Both the position numbers and the translations under genes were made by a program. DNA of 64,000 nt from Candidatus Hodarchaeota archaeon (GTDB lineage: Archaea > Asgardarchaeota > Heimdallarchaeia > Hodarchaeales > Hodarchaeaceae): positions 6,835 to 70,834 of the forward strand of contig JAEOTQ010000168.1 of NCBI GenBank assembly GCA_016839785.1, given 5' to 3'. The notes beneath the pieces are model-generated. The model was not told the origin of the DNA, did no database searches, and saw only the letters and a program-made list of their open reading frames with translations. Of the stretch, positions 16,918 to 27,430 are shown piece by piece; the stretch's first letter is position 1, and every line of letters begins with the position of its first letter.

Positions 16918-17538
16918 ATGTTCATTTCAGAAATTTTTTCAAACCGAATTGGAAATCGGGAAGCCCTTGGATTTTTTCTTTTTATTGGGCCTCTCCAATT
17001 TATTCTAAGTGTGTTGATTGCCGAAGGAATGGCTGAATCGTATGATTCAGGTCTTCATTATGTCAGTTCCTTGGGCGTGGGAGCAACGGCCAATCTTTTC
17101 AACACTTCAGTCCTTATCCTCGGAATTTGTATTTTATTAGGAACATACTTTTTTCATCTAGAATATCCAGAACGAATACCTACAGTGTTTTTACTACTCA
17201 CTGCCCTTTCTGCCGTTGGTGTGGGGGTATTTCCTGAGGATGCTCCTCCCTTTCATGGCATTTTTACAGGATTTGTATTTTTGTTTGCAGCGATCTTTTT
17301 AATTTCAATTATCAAGGTAAACCGATCTTTACCTCTTATTTCTCTCTCTATATTGGGAGGTGTGATTCTAATTGCAAGTCTTCTCTTCCTTCCCTATCTC
17401 GGTTTGGATGTTGAAGATCCCACAAAATTCCTAGGTTTTATGAAAGGTACATTAGAACGATTCATTATATATCCCACCCTATCAGGATTTCTTATTCTCA
17501 GTGGCTATCTCAGTAGAAGCACAGACACGAAAGTTTAG
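16918..17538 (+). CDS. DUF998-like integral membrane protein
   Basis: 206 aa with about 6 TM segments. The N-terminal pattern GFFLFIGPLQFILSVLIAEG resembles DUF998. TAG stop. Confidence 0.5.
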   Translation: MFISEIFSNRIGNREALGFFLFIGPLQFILSVLIAEGMAESYDSGLHYVSSLGVGATANLFNTSVLILGICILLGTYFFHLEYPERIPTVFLLLTALSAVGVGVFPEDAPPFHGIFTGFVFLFAAIFLISIIKVNRSLPLISLSILGGVILIASLLFLPYLGLDVEDPTKFLGFMKGTLERFIIYPTLSGFLILSGYLSRSTDTKV

Positions 17539-17659
17539 ACGTCTGGTGGCTATTTTTCTTTTTTTTGTTACATCTCGTTCTGAGATTTTATTATAAATCT
17601 CAAGATCGAAAGGAATTTTGCGAATTTCTGACTAACTTAGCAAACGAGATGAATTTATC

Positions 17660-18130
17660 TTGGATATCCTCATACGAGAATTAACAAAAGAAGATTTTGA
17701 TGGGATAAAAAGAATTTTTGCTGAATCGTTTAAGTATCATGAACAAATTGATTCAATATTTGCCTCTAGTGAAGGTGCGGATCAAATCTGGATAGATTAT
17801 ATTGACACGATTTACCAACAAGATGACATCCAAGTTTATATTGCGATATTAGATGACGATATTGTTGGTTACTGCGTTGGTCAAATTCTTGATAAACCAC
17901 CAGTATTTAAAATGAGGAGAATTGGACAAATCAATAATATTGCAGTCAAAGAGGGCCATAAACAACATGGGGTTGGACAATTATTATTTGAGAAAATAAA
18001 AGGATGGTTTGACACCCAAAATGTATGTCATATTGAACTGTCGGCTGCAACAAATAATCCTCAATCTTTAGCGTTTTGGAGCAAAATGGGGGGGAGAGAA
18101 TTCATGAAAACGATGATTATTACGATTTGA
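17660..18130 (+). CDS. GNAT-family N-acetyltransferase
   Basis: 156 aa with a TTG start. Acetyl-CoA-binding motif A: INNIAVKEGHKQHGVGQLLFEKIKGW. Confidence 0.8.
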   Translation: MDILIRELTKEDFDGIKRIFAESFKYHEQIDSIFASSEGADQIWIDYIDTIYQQDDIQVYIAILDDDIVGYCVGQILDKPPVFKMRRIGQINNIAVKEGHKQHGVGQLLFEKIKGWFDTQNVCHIELSAATNNPQSLAFWSKMGGREFMKTMIITI

Positions 18131-18190
18131 ATTTTTACTTAAGAAAGTGGGTAAGAAAAATTTGTGAAAAGAAGAATCTCTCTTCACTAA

Positions 18191-18778
18191 TTAAGAAAGG
18201 ACTTGGTCAACCTCAGGACGAGTGAGGACATACAGACTAAAAATACCAAATATTGTTCCCATAGGCATAGCAAGTAGGCTAAGCGCGCTAATCAGGATTG
18301 ATCCAGAGTGGCCATTTTTCCGATAATTCATTAACCGACGGCCATTGACGATTGCTAGAATTCCGTAGATTAAGATAAATAGGGCTATAAACCCGAGAAC
18401 AAGCATGATGAACAGGAAAATTCCATAAGAGTTTTCGAGAGAGTCTGCGGGTACAGAAGACATTTCTCCAAATAGATCAGGCATGGAAACCATAGTATCT
18501 TCAGAGAAAAACGCTGGCATTAATACCGCAACCAGGACAAGTATACCAGAAATAAATAAAGCGAACACTCCGAAGATTGCTTCTACTATTCCAATCACTT
18601 GAATATATCCTCTGTATTCATTTACACGTGATTTTGGAGCATCGTAAGCCGAATACATTTGTGAGGAATACTTTGATCCACATTCTTGGCAAAAGAGATC
18701 CTCGTTGCCTCCAGTAGATCCACAATTAGGACAGATTTTTTTTGACATGATGAGATTCATCCTCCAATTATACTTCAA
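18191..18778 (-). CDS. Zinc-ribbon membrane protein
   Basis: N-terminal CPNCGS...CQECGS zinc ribbon followed by 4 hydrophobic helices. Confidence 0.6.
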   Translation of the reverse strand: MKYNWRMNLIMSKKICPNCGSTGGNEDLFCQECGSKYSSQMYSAYDAPKSRVNEYRGYIQVIGIVEAIFGVFALFISGILVLVAVLMPAFFSEDTMVSMPDLFGEMSSVPADSLENSYGIFLFIMLVLGFIALFILIYGILAIVNGRRLMNYRKNGHSGSILISALSLLAMPMGTIFGIFSLYVLTRPEVDQVLS

Positions 18779-18978
18779 TAAAGGACATTTGCAGGAAAAA
18801 CTATATCTGAGACTTATTTAAGAATTAAGAATGTGGCGAAATTGCTGATTCAGAGATTCCACAGGATCACCTAGTAAATTCACTTCCGATCCGATCATGA
18901 ATCTTAAATCAGTAACTGGTTTATTATAAGAAAGAATTCAAGATCTTTCTTCAATAATTTCCTTTCAACCAGAATATA

Positions 18979-20568
18979 CTATACTTCGATTTCTATATTT
19001 GGTTTCTTCTGTTGTTCCGTTTTAGATGCCAACCGTGCACGCGCCTGAGCCCAAGTACGTAATGCGGTAATATCTTCTTTCATTAATCGGGATAGAGGAA
19101 CCATATCTTCAAGAGCATTCATGATGTCCGTGGTTTCGACTTCACGATCATCAGAAAATGCATCAAACATAGCTGTGATGAGAGTTTGCTCGATTTCTGC
19201 TCCAGAGTAGCCTTTACTTAATCCAACTAGTGTTCTTATATCAAACTTCTCTATTTCACGCCCTCTTTTCTTGATATGAATAGAAAATATATCTTCACGT
19301 TCCTTCGGGGAAGGTAAGTCCAGAAAGAAGATTTCATCAAATCTACCTTTTCTCATGAGTTCAGGCGGTAATTGATTTACATTATTTGCCGTTGCAATAA
19401 CAAAAACAGGTTTTTTCTTCTCTTGTAACCATGTAATAAAAGTACCAAACACTCTGCTTGTGGTACCCGCATCGGTGAGATTACTGGATTGTACCCCTGC
19501 AAATCCCTTCTCTATCTCATCAATCCATAAAATAGAAGGAGAAACTGATTCAGCAGTTTTTATTGCCTGTCGAATATTCCGTTCACTCTCCCCAACAACT
19601 CCACCAAAAACTTTTCCGACGTCAAATCTTAACAAAGGCAATTTCCATAATGATGCCACCGCCTGGGCAGTAAGTGATTTTCCTGTTCCAGGGATTCCAA
19701 TTAACATCAGACCAGAGGGAAAAGGTAATCCATATTCTCTCGCTTTTTCAGTAAAACCTCGATTACGAATACTCAACCACTCTTTCAGATGTTCTAACCC
19801 TCCAATATTATCAAAATGTTCATTCGAGTGATAATACTCAAGTATTCCTGACTTTCGAATAATTTGTTCTTTTTCTTGAATTATAATTGCAGGATCAAAC
19901 CGTTTAACTTCAACAAGTGATTTTGCAAAGACATTTTCTGCTTCATCCACGGTGAGTCCGAGTGCAGATTTTAGAACAGCTTCTCTTTCTTCCTCCGTTA
20001 AACTGACATCGACTCGGGGATTCATTTTTAATGGTTCAATAATCCCCTCTAGCACCGTATCTAGTAATTCTAATGTTGGAAAATTAAAATCAACTACATT
20101 AATCATTTTTTCTAATTCAATTGGTACTTCTAAGACTGGAGAAACAAGAATACATGTTTTTTTCAAGTTACTCAAATGAATTTTTAGGTCACGAAGTTTT
20201 CGAATAACTACTGGATCTTTCATAAAAGGATGAAAGTCTTTTAACATGAAAATTGCTGGTCTCTGGTAATCAGTAATGTACGTTAACGCAGCAAAAGGAT
20301 CCACTGCTTCTCCATCAAGTTTTCTTCCAGAAAAGTCCGAAAACCCTTCAGTTGTACTCCAGATGATTAATTGCTTTTCTGCCCTCACAGCTAGTGCATT
20401 CAACATAACAGCCACCCTTTCTTCTTCCCAGGTGGTGATATAGATGAGAGGATACCGTGCGCGAATTAGAACATCTACTTTTTTCTGTTGGTCTTCACTT
20501 ACTTCTTTCATTGAGATCACCTGACCAAACATGAGGTTATCGTCGAGTTGTAATCCGAGTAGTGGCAT
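18979..20568 (-). CDS. AAA+ ATPase, Ycf46-like single-AAA-domain protein
   Basis: 529 aa. Walker [10 protein letters not shown], Walker [10 protein letters not shown], second region of homology [21 protein letters not shown]. An alternative start at MFGQ (20532) would remove the overlap with the upstream gene. Confidence 0.85.
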   Translation of the reverse strand: MPLLGLQLDDNLMFGQVISMKEVSEDQQKKVDVLIRARYPLIYITTWEEERVAVMLNALAVRAEKQLIIWSTTEGFSDFSGRKLDGEAVDPFAALTYITDYQRPAIFMLKDFHPFMKDPVVIRKLRDLKIHLSNLKKTCILVSPVLEVPIELEKMINVVDFNFPTLELLDTVLEGIIEPLKMNPRVDVSLTEEEREAVLKSALGLTVDEAENVFAKSLVEVKRFDPAIIIQEKEQIIRKSGILEYYHSNEHFDNIGGLEHLKEWLSIRNRGFTEKAREYGLPFPSGLMLIGIPGTGKSLTAQAVASLWKLPLLRFDVGKVFGGVVGESERNIRQAIKTAESVSPSILWIDEIEKGFAGVQSSNLTDAGTTSRVFGTFITWLQEKKKPVFVIATANNVNQLPPELMRKGRFDEIFFLDLPSPKEREDIFSIHIKKRGREIEKFDIRTLVGLSKGYSGAEIEQTLITAMFDAFSDDREVETTDIMNALEDMVPLSRLMKEDITALRTWAQARARLASKTEQQKKPNIEIEV

Positions 20569-20755
20569 CTACGGGATGTTCATAGTAATCTCTTTTGAAA
20601 TCTCTCTTGGCAACCTCACCGAGCGCCTCGTCAAGGAATTTGGTTGTTTCTGTACAAGATTTTCCCTTTACTCCATTCACTGAGTAGGAAACGTTCCCTT
20701 TTTCATCAATAGTAATTTCTAATTCAATATTGTCAGTACTCATTGTCCTATCCAT
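20537..20755 (-). CDS. DUF2997-family small protein
   Basis: 72 aa. The pattern IELEITIDEKGNVSYSVNGVKGKSCTETTKFLDEALG matches my recollection of DUF2997. It overlaps both neighbours. Confidence 0.6.
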   Translation of the reverse strand: MDRTMSTDNIELEITIDEKGNVSYSVNGVKGKSCTETTKFLDEALGEVAKRDFKRDYYEHPVDATTRITTRR

Positions 20756-21159
20756 CCTCGTTTGACGACAAGTAATTTGATTTCTCCGACTTCGTTGATA
20801 TAGCGGGATCTAATACGATACCCTTTCTTTCTAAGCTCAGTTAACACTTTGGTAACAGCATATTCTTTCTGGATTTCATTTGCGAAAACTTGTCGATTCT
20901 TTCCAATAGCTGCTTCTGCGCCATACCAATCCGCTAGGATCTGATAAGAAGAATCTTTAGCTTTAATAAATCCTACATCAAATTCTCCTTTCGTCTTAAT
21001 AACAATGTCCCCTTTTCGGGTTCTTCGGTTATACCCTCGGATCGTTGAGTCCTCTTCTACTGTATATTGTAGATTTTCAAGGGTTTTCAATAGACAGTGT
21101 CTATCAGTGATTTTTGTTTTTAGTTTAGTGAAATGAGACATATTTTTCTTTCTCCTCAA
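20740..21159 (-). CDS. DUF1257 (Ycf35-like) protein
   Basis: MSHFTKLKTKITD...IRGY...DVGF...YQILADWYG matches the DUF1257 pattern. The likely true start is the second Met (21141). Confidence 0.7.
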   Translation of the reverse strand: MRRKKNMSHFTKLKTKITDRHCLLKTLENLQYTVEEDSTIRGYNRRTRKGDIVIKTKGEFDVGFIKAKDSSYQILADWYGAEAAIGKNRQVFANEIQKEYAVTKVLTELRKKGYRIRSRYINEVGEIKLLVVKRGWIGQ

Positions 21160-21563
21160 ATTGTTACAATCAATAGAAGTCTCATAGGGATTGATAAATT
21201 CAGAGAGGCACTGAGTTAGGTTGAAGATTATACTCTGTAAGAGAAGTTCTGCATTATTTCCCTGAAGCGTTCAAAGTACGAAAAATTGCTTCACGATAAA
21301 GAGATCCAACAATCAATCTCTATCTCTACCCATGTAACACGGGAAATAAATAGCAAAGAATGAAGAATTAATGGTTTTGGAAAAATCTGGTCATTTTCAC
21401 TGACCTCTCCTATTGATGGCGCACATGGGGCCACCATTCCCCCCCCACACCCACCCTCTTATCAAATATCTTGGAACTATTTAAATAAAATGAAAATAGA
21501 TTCTTTTGACGCTTCATTAGAAAAAAGACCCATGTAACGAGGAGTCGAAGGAGAAGATAAGGG

Positions 21564-21764
21564 ATGAGCACACAGAAACGTGATCAAAAAGGAAGGTTTA
21601 CTTCAGAAAATCCAAAGAAATTAATCATGAGAGTAACTATCGAAGAAAAACAGCTTATCGAAAAATTTCGTCAAATTCAGCCCTCGAAAAATTCTACAAG
21701 TAGTCAGTCCCTGAAGGAACTTCAAACACTGATTCGAAAACGAGTTAATAACCTTGAGTTATGA
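21564..21764 (+). CDS. Small basic protein, possible ribbon-helix-helix (MobC/CopG-like)
   Basis: 66 aa. KGRFTSENPKKLIMRVTIEEKQLIEKF resembles an RHH N-terminal strand plus helix. Weak call. Confidence 0.3.
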   Translation: MSTQKRDQKGRFTSENPKKLIMRVTIEEKQLIEKFRQIQPSKNSTSSQSLKELQTLIRKRVNNLEL

Positions 21765-22192
21765 GCTTTGAATGGATCATCTCACGAAGGTGTTGTACCT
21801 CACTGGGAATAGTGGATCAGTAGATATTCCCTCTCAACAATAAAGTTTACCTTTGGTTTGAGCAATTGAGAGCTCTTCCAGTTTAGAATGAATCCATGTG
21901 ATAATTATTATTTTGATAGAAGGGTCTTTTTATAGTACGTGAGGGCAGTTCCGAATTTGACAAGCTCATTTTCGGAATATCGCTATTTTTTCCGAAATCT
22001 CTCGTTGATTTTCGGGAGCTTATAAAGAAAGCCAACCGATAGAGAGTGAAAATGACAAGATACAATGAATTTCGATTTTCTGTTAACTAGGGAATTTTCA
22101 GGAAGAATAAGAAGTTTTACTAAGGGAAGACTACATTTCTTAAGTAATATGCAGTGATGAAAAATATAAGCTCATAGATAAATCTGTAATTT

Positions 22193-23284
22193 ATGGAACC
22201 CTTATTTATTCCTGGATTGAAATTAGGTCAATTTTTTTTTGAGGAAGCAATTAAACCAATCTTAGAAGAAAACTATCCCACACTGCGCTATGATGCAGCA
22301 TTAATAGGCCCTGGATCTGAGGTACTTGGATTTGATGATCAGATCTCATCCGACCATCATTGGGGTCCTCGTCTTCAGTTATTTTTATCAAAAAAAGATT
22401 ATTCACATCTTAAGGATGAGATAGATTCCTTTTTAAGAAAAAATTTGCCTTATAACATCAGGGGGTACTCAACTCATTGGAGTGAACCTGATCCAAATGA
22501 TTCTGGTAGTCAGTTCTTAGAACCAAAATCAACTGGATTGGTAAATCACCGTGTGGAAATTTATAGCATTAGTTCATACTTAAAGAAGGTTCTTAACATT
22601 GAAACCACCGCGTTAACAGGTATCGATTGGTTAGTTTTACCTGAGCAGCGGTTACTCGAGTTAACATCAGGGAGGGTGTATCACTCGACCCTTGGGGAGA
22701 TATTGAGGGTTAGAAAACACTTTGCTTACTATCCAGAGAATGTGTGGTACTACAAAATTGTGTCTGAATGGGATCATATTGCAGAAGAGATTGCCTTTGT
22801 TGGTCGATCCGCCCCTAGAGGAGATGATTTAGGATCTAGACTTGTTGCAGCTCGCCTTGTGAAGTATATCATTAGGTTAGCGTTTATTTTAAGTAGAACA
22901 TATGTACCTTATTCTAAATGGTTTGCCTATTCGTTTTCTTCTTTATCGATTGCTTCTAACCTTCAACCTGTTCTTCTAGAAATTCTAAATCAAAATAGTT
23001 GGCGGAAACGTGAGAAGTTACTAACCAAGGCTTATCTCATTCTTCTTGATTATCAAAATTCTCTTCACATAACACCTAAAATTGATCTTCAACCTACAAA
23101 GTACCATACACGTGACCAAATCGTCATTGATGTGCATAAAATAATCCTAGAGTTAAAAAAATTAATAAAATCTCCATTAGATGATATAAAATATCATCTA
23201 GGCTCTGTTGATCAATTCATTGTTGATACCCATATTCTCACGGATGCACAGTACGCAGAAAACGCGAGGAATTTCTACTACTAA
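22193..23284 (+). CDS. DUF4037-like protein
   Basis: 363 aa. The SSDHHWGPRLQLF motif is characteristic of DUF4037-type proteins, as far as I recall. Confidence 0.45.
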   Translation: MEPLFIPGLKLGQFFFEEAIKPILEENYPTLRYDAALIGPGSEVLGFDDQISSDHHWGPRLQLFLSKKDYSHLKDEIDSFLRKNLPYNIRGYSTHWSEPDPNDSGSQFLEPKSTGLVNHRVEIYSISSYLKKVLNIETTALTGIDWLVLPEQRLLELTSGRVYHSTLGEILRVRKHFAYYPENVWYYKIVSEWDHIAEEIAFVGRSAPRGDDLGSRLVAARLVKYIIRLAFILSRTYVPYSKWFAYSFSSLSIASNLQPVLLEILNQNSWRKREKLLTKAYLILLDYQNSLHITPKIDLQPTKYHTRDQIVIDVHKIILELKKLIKSPLDDIKYHLGSVDQFIVDTHILTDAQYAENARNFYY

Positions 23285-23330
23285 TTTCTTCCCTAAATGA
23301 TAATAAGTTCTGAATTTTCTTTGAATTTTT

Positions 23331-24305
23331 ATGCAAGATTTGAGTCCAAAAGTCGCTATTATTGGTGGAGGTAATGTTGGTATCCGCTATGCCTATGCAT
23401 TGATGATAAGAGGGCTTGCACGTCATATTGTTATTGTAGATATTGATATACATAAGGTTCAGGGAGAAATTATGGATTTATCGCATGGAATTCCCTATAC
23501 CTCACCTGTTAAACTGGAAGTAGGCGGTTATCAGGCAATAAAAGGGTCTGATCTTGTCGTAATTACTGCAGGTAAAAATCGTAAACCAGGAGAATCACGT
23601 TTAGATTTAACAAAAGCCAACGTTACTTTGTACAAGAAAATCATCCCTCAAATCATGGAATATGCTCCTTCAGCTCTTTTTCTTGTAGTCACGAATCCTG
23701 TAGATATCTTATCTTTTGTAGCATTTAAACTTTCAAATAAGCCTGAATCAGAAGTTATTGGTGCAGGGACTGTGTTGGATACTGCTCGCTTTCGAAATCT
23801 TATTGCCGCTCATTGTAAAGTCGACTCTCGGAATGTTCATGGGTATATCTTGGGTGAACATGGTGAAACAGAGTTTCCTGTCTGGAGTCGAGTATTAGTA
23901 GGAGGTAACTTGATTAAGGATTATTGTCCTATTTGTGAGAATTGCAATATCTGTAATCATGAAGAGGAACTTGAGAAAATCTTCGTCGAGGTTCGTGATT
24001 CAGGTGCTAAGATAATCAAGAGAAAAGGAGAGACTTCTTATGGCATCGGCTTGGCCCTTGTTAGGATAACAGCGGCAATTTTGAATGATGAAAACTCCAT
24101 TTTACCCGTTTCCTGCTTAGTAAAAGGTTATTCAGACATTCACGATGTGTATCTAAGTTTACCTGCCATAATAACTAAGAATGGAGTTAAGAAAGTTCTG
24201 GAAATCAAATTAAATAACCAAGAGCAAGATTTATTGAAGAAATCTGCGAGTAAAATAAAGCAAAATATTGATGAAATCCTCCCCTTGTTAGAAACACAAT
24301 ACTGA
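23331..24305 (+). CDS. L-lactate/malate dehydrogenase family (LDH-like MDH)
   Basis: Rossmann KVAIIGGGNVG. VITAGKNRKPGESRLDL has Arg at the substrate-discriminating position, suggesting MDH. Also VVTNPVD and GEHGETEFPVWS. Confidence 0.85.
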   Translation: MQDLSPKVAIIGGGNVGIRYAYALMIRGLARHIVIVDIDIHKVQGEIMDLSHGIPYTSPVKLEVGGYQAIKGSDLVVITAGKNRKPGESRLDLTKANVTLYKKIIPQIMEYAPSALFLVVTNPVDILSFVAFKLSNKPESEVIGAGTVLDTARFRNLIAAHCKVDSRNVHGYILGEHGETEFPVWSRVLVGGNLIKDYCPICENCNICNHEEELEKIFVEVRDSGAKIIKRKGETSYGIGLALVRITAAILNDENSILPVSCLVKGYSDIHDVYLSLPAIITKNGVKKVLEIKLNNQEQDLLKKSASKIKQNIDEILPLLETQY

Positions 24306-24392
24306 GGAATATTAAATCTGCCCCCTGTCTGTAAGTCTGTTACGATTAGATTTTTAAATCCTCTGACTTATTATTAGAAGAGTGATTGAATC

Positions 24393-25706
24393 ATGATTTC
24401 ACGGAAATATAACATATTTTTGTTTTTTTTAGGTTTACTTCTCATTTCATCTATTTTTTTGCCTGGAAAGGGAACAACTGAACATATTTCATCAACAGTC
24501 CCGATCCCATCTGTAGGATTAATAGGAACTTGGGTGAGTGATGCTGGGTACAACGAAACGGTCGAAATCGTCGATGAAAATACAACTCATTTTTTTATTG
24601 AGTTTTATCCAGATAGTCCAACACCTATGTCCTCTACTGTCAGTAAAGATGTATATATTGACCATTCCTATCTACAGGGGGATCTAGGAGGCTGGGGAGG
24701 ATGGATTAGTGTTGATGGATTAACCATAGGAGAAAATGTCACTTTAGGGACGATGGTTCTTGAAGTGGTTGGGATTGATAATCTCACTCTTCCATTAGGT
24801 ACATTTCCCGTTTATATAGCCAATACAACCGATGATCGATCCTATATGTACCACACAAGTTCTGGACTCTTGCTGGGATACCATAATTATGAAGCACCTG
24901 GTGGTGAATTCCACTATCTTCTTACAACGAATGGTGATTTGACTGCAGATTCTGACGATATCGACATTCCTTTTATCGGATTTAGAGCAGTTTATATTTA
25001 TGCAGACGATAATGGGACTATTCTTCTTAATGAAACTATCCTTATTACTGGTGAGAACTCCTCACATTACTTCGCAGATATGTTTACTGACGGAAGTCTC
25101 GTAGACAACTCATTTATTTCCAAGGCTATTTGGATGGATCGAGTGTATAAATGGACATTTGGCGGTGGAGATTTTGGTTGGCCTATCTGGATTAATGTAA
25201 CTAGCTTAACTCTTGGTGAGAATATTACTTTGGGTTGGGAGAGTTATGAGGTAGTTGATAAGGTTCATATTTCCGTACCTGTGGGTAATTTCGAAGTGTG
25301 GAATGTTTCAAGACCCCTCGATAACAGAACTTATTGGTATGAAGTTAACTTGGGTCTTCTAGTCGCATATGCCTCCAGTGATGAATATCACTATCTTGAT
25401 GACACAAATGCTTTCAATTGGAACGAAACAACAACAACCGTTATTACTACAACAGCTCCTGAAACCACTACACCTGGTACTGAGACTTCAACAACTGAGC
25501 CAGAAACTACAGATCCTATAGTGGAGAATACTACAACCACTTTTGCAGAAGGATCTACGAGTTCTGAACCAGATACAACTACCGAAGATGGTGATTCATC
25601 TACAACAGAAGATTCAACAAGTCCTTCGATTTCCCCTGGTTTTTCTCTTCCTATTGTACTAACAACGTTTGGGATCTTTTATTGGATCTTCTCTCGTCGA
25701 AAATAG
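24393..25706 (+). CDS. Secreted protein with two tandem homologous domains, a Thr-rich linker and a PGF-CTERM-like anchor
   Basis: Signal peptide. The internal duplication is visible in (LGGWGGWISVDGLTIGENVTLG / FGWPIWINVTSLTLGENITLG). T/E/P-rich stalk. C-terminal SPGFSLPIVLTTFGIFYWIFSRRK. Confidence 0.65.
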   Translation: MISRKYNIFLFFLGLLLISSIFLPGKGTTEHISSTVPIPSVGLIGTWVSDAGYNETVEIVDENTTHFFIEFYPDSPTPMSSTVSKDVYIDHSYLQGDLGGWGGWISVDGLTIGENVTLGTMVLEVVGIDNLTLPLGTFPVYIANTTDDRSYMYHTSSGLLLGYHNYEAPGGEFHYLLTTNGDLTADSDDIDIPFIGFRAVYIYADDNGTILLNETILITGENSSHYFADMFTDGSLVDNSFISKAIWMDRVYKWTFGGGDFGWPIWINVTSLTLGENITLGWESYEVVDKVHISVPVGNFEVWNVSRPLDNRTYWYEVNLGLLVAYASSDEYHYLDDTNAFNWNETTTTVITTTAPETTTPGTETSTTEPETTDPIVENTTTTFAEGSTSSEPDTTTEDGDSSTTEDSTSPSISPGFSLPIVLTTFGIFYWIFSRRK

Positions 25707-25724
25707 TGTACAGGTATTCCAAAA

Positions 25725-26318
25725 CTATTTTCCTTTTTTTTCGTTCGAACCGTGAGAATTGATGATATGAAATTGGATATCTATTTGCGAATTTAAAGTT
25801 GCAATCGTAAGGTGAGAATGCTCGTAGTCTTCTATAGACCAAACAGGAGATTGTGTTAACAAACTTCTCTCTAGAAGAGATTGATTCTTATTATTCATAT
25901 CGACTCCGATTTGTTCCACATTCGTTGACTCCAGGAAACCTTCCAATTTTCTGGACATTATATGGTTTAGGTGGAACCAACAAATTCTAGACGAGGACAA
26001 GTAACGTGCGAGAGTCTGTAATTTAGCGATCTTCACTTCTTTACATTCAATCCAGATATCGATTTCGGGATTCACTTCTTGGGGAATTTCGGGATTTTTA
26101 AAAGCCACTAAATCAGGTTTAAATCCCCGATATCGAAATTTTGGTTCTAAAATTAGCTGATGACTACTCTTATAGAAATAGAGCAATGCAAGGAGTTTAA
26201 GGATTATGTGTAACATGGTTTCAGATTTACTCTTTTCCACGATTACAGTTTGTTGATTATAATAACCATTATTAAGAGAAAATATAATCTTTAATTTGAT
26301 TTTTAAAGGAATTGGCAA
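25725..26318 (-). CDS. YaeQ-family (PD-(D/E)xK fold) protein
   Basis: 197 aa. The KSKSET...LLALLY...KPDLVAF...IDIWIECKEVKIAKL order resembles YaeQ (HPSET...PDLW...LWIELG). Confidence 0.5.
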   Translation of the reverse strand: MPIPLKIKLKIIFSLNNGYYNQQTVIVEKSKSETMLHIILKLLALLYFYKSSHQLILEPKFRYRGFKPDLVAFKNPEIPQEVNPEIDIWIECKEVKIAKLQTLARYLSSSRICWFHLNHIMSRKLEGFLESTNVEQIGVDMNNKNQSLLERSLLTQSPVWSIEDYEHSHLTIATLNSQIDIQFHIINSHGSNEKKGK

Positions 26319-26367
26319 TCATTTTCAACTTAATATTTCATTATTTTTGAATTGTCGTTTCAAACTT

Positions 26368-27237
26368 CTAAGGGATAATTCCAAACATCTCTTTGATGAT
26401 CTTGGCTGCAGCGAATCCAGTAATATTAGAAATATCTTTTGATGGGTTAATTTCGACTATATCAAAGAATTTAATTGGTAATCCTGATAGTTCGTGAATT
26501 AAATCTACAATATTAGACATTGACAAACCTGCTGGTTCGGGATTTCCTACACCCGGGGCATTAGCGGGATCTAGAACATCTAGATCTATTGAAATGTAGA
26601 TCTGCTCTAAATGGTTTAATTTTTCTTTGATTCTAGTTACAATCGTATCATAACCAAGGTATTGTACATCTTTTCGAGAAAAAACCAAAACTCCATTTTC
26701 TCTTGAAAAATCATTTTGCTCCTTCGTAGAAGCTCTAATTCCAATTTGAACTATATCTTGAGGATTAATTTGGGTATTATCTAATATTCTTCGTATAACA
26801 CACGCATGGGAGTATTTATCTCCTTCATATTCATTATAAAGATCTGGATGAGCATCAAAATATATTATACCAGTAGTAGAAGGATTTATGGCATGCATAC
26901 AAAGATATGTAACTAGATGGTCCCCCCCTAAGAATAGGATGGGTTCCTCTTTCCTATATTGATTTAAACGATACCTAATATTATCAATGATTTCGTCTAA
27001 GTCTTTAACTTCTGTATCAACGTTTCCGAGATCAATTATATTCCATCGTTGGTTTAAATCTGTTCCTGTTTCAGTAAAACTATTGTAAACTTTCGATGAT
27101 GTAGATTTTCTTATATAATCCGGACCTTGGACAGAACCAAATCTGTAAGAGGAGGACTTATCCCAGGGAATTCCAAGAACAAGAAGATTTCGGGCCTTTC
27201 TGTTAGGATTGTCAATCAAATTGAAAAAATCACTCAT
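26368..27237 (-). CDS. speB: Agmatinase / arginase-family ureohydrolase
   Basis: GGDHLVTY, FDAHPDLY and SIDLDVLDPANAPGVGNPEPAGLS are manganese-ligand motifs. Confidence 0.85.
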   Translation of the reverse strand: MSDFFNLIDNPNRKARNLLVLGIPWDKSSSYRFGSVQGPDYIRKSTSSKVYNSFTETGTDLNQRWNIIDLGNVDTEVKDLDEIIDNIRYRLNQYRKEEPILFLGGDHLVTYLCMHAINPSTTGIIYFDAHPDLYNEYEGDKYSHACVIRRILDNTQINPQDIVQIGIRASTKEQNDFSRENGVLVFSRKDVQYLGYDTIVTRIKEKLNHLEQIYISIDLDVLDPANAPGVGNPEPAGLSMSNIVDLIHELSGLPIKFFDIVEINPSKDISNITGFAAAKIIKEMFGIIP

Positions 27238-27430
27238 TAGCTAACCGACTCGTGTTAAGACAATTTCTGAATTCATTATAGATGTCATTAAGTATAATCT
27301 TTAGTTTCTTTTTATTCATCTCTAAGTCGCAATCACGAAGTTCTTTTATGCTTTGACTAGGAAAAATAGTAGAAGATAGAGTGTGATAGTTATATATTAT
27401 TGAGAAAGAAATCTTATACAGATTTGGTGC

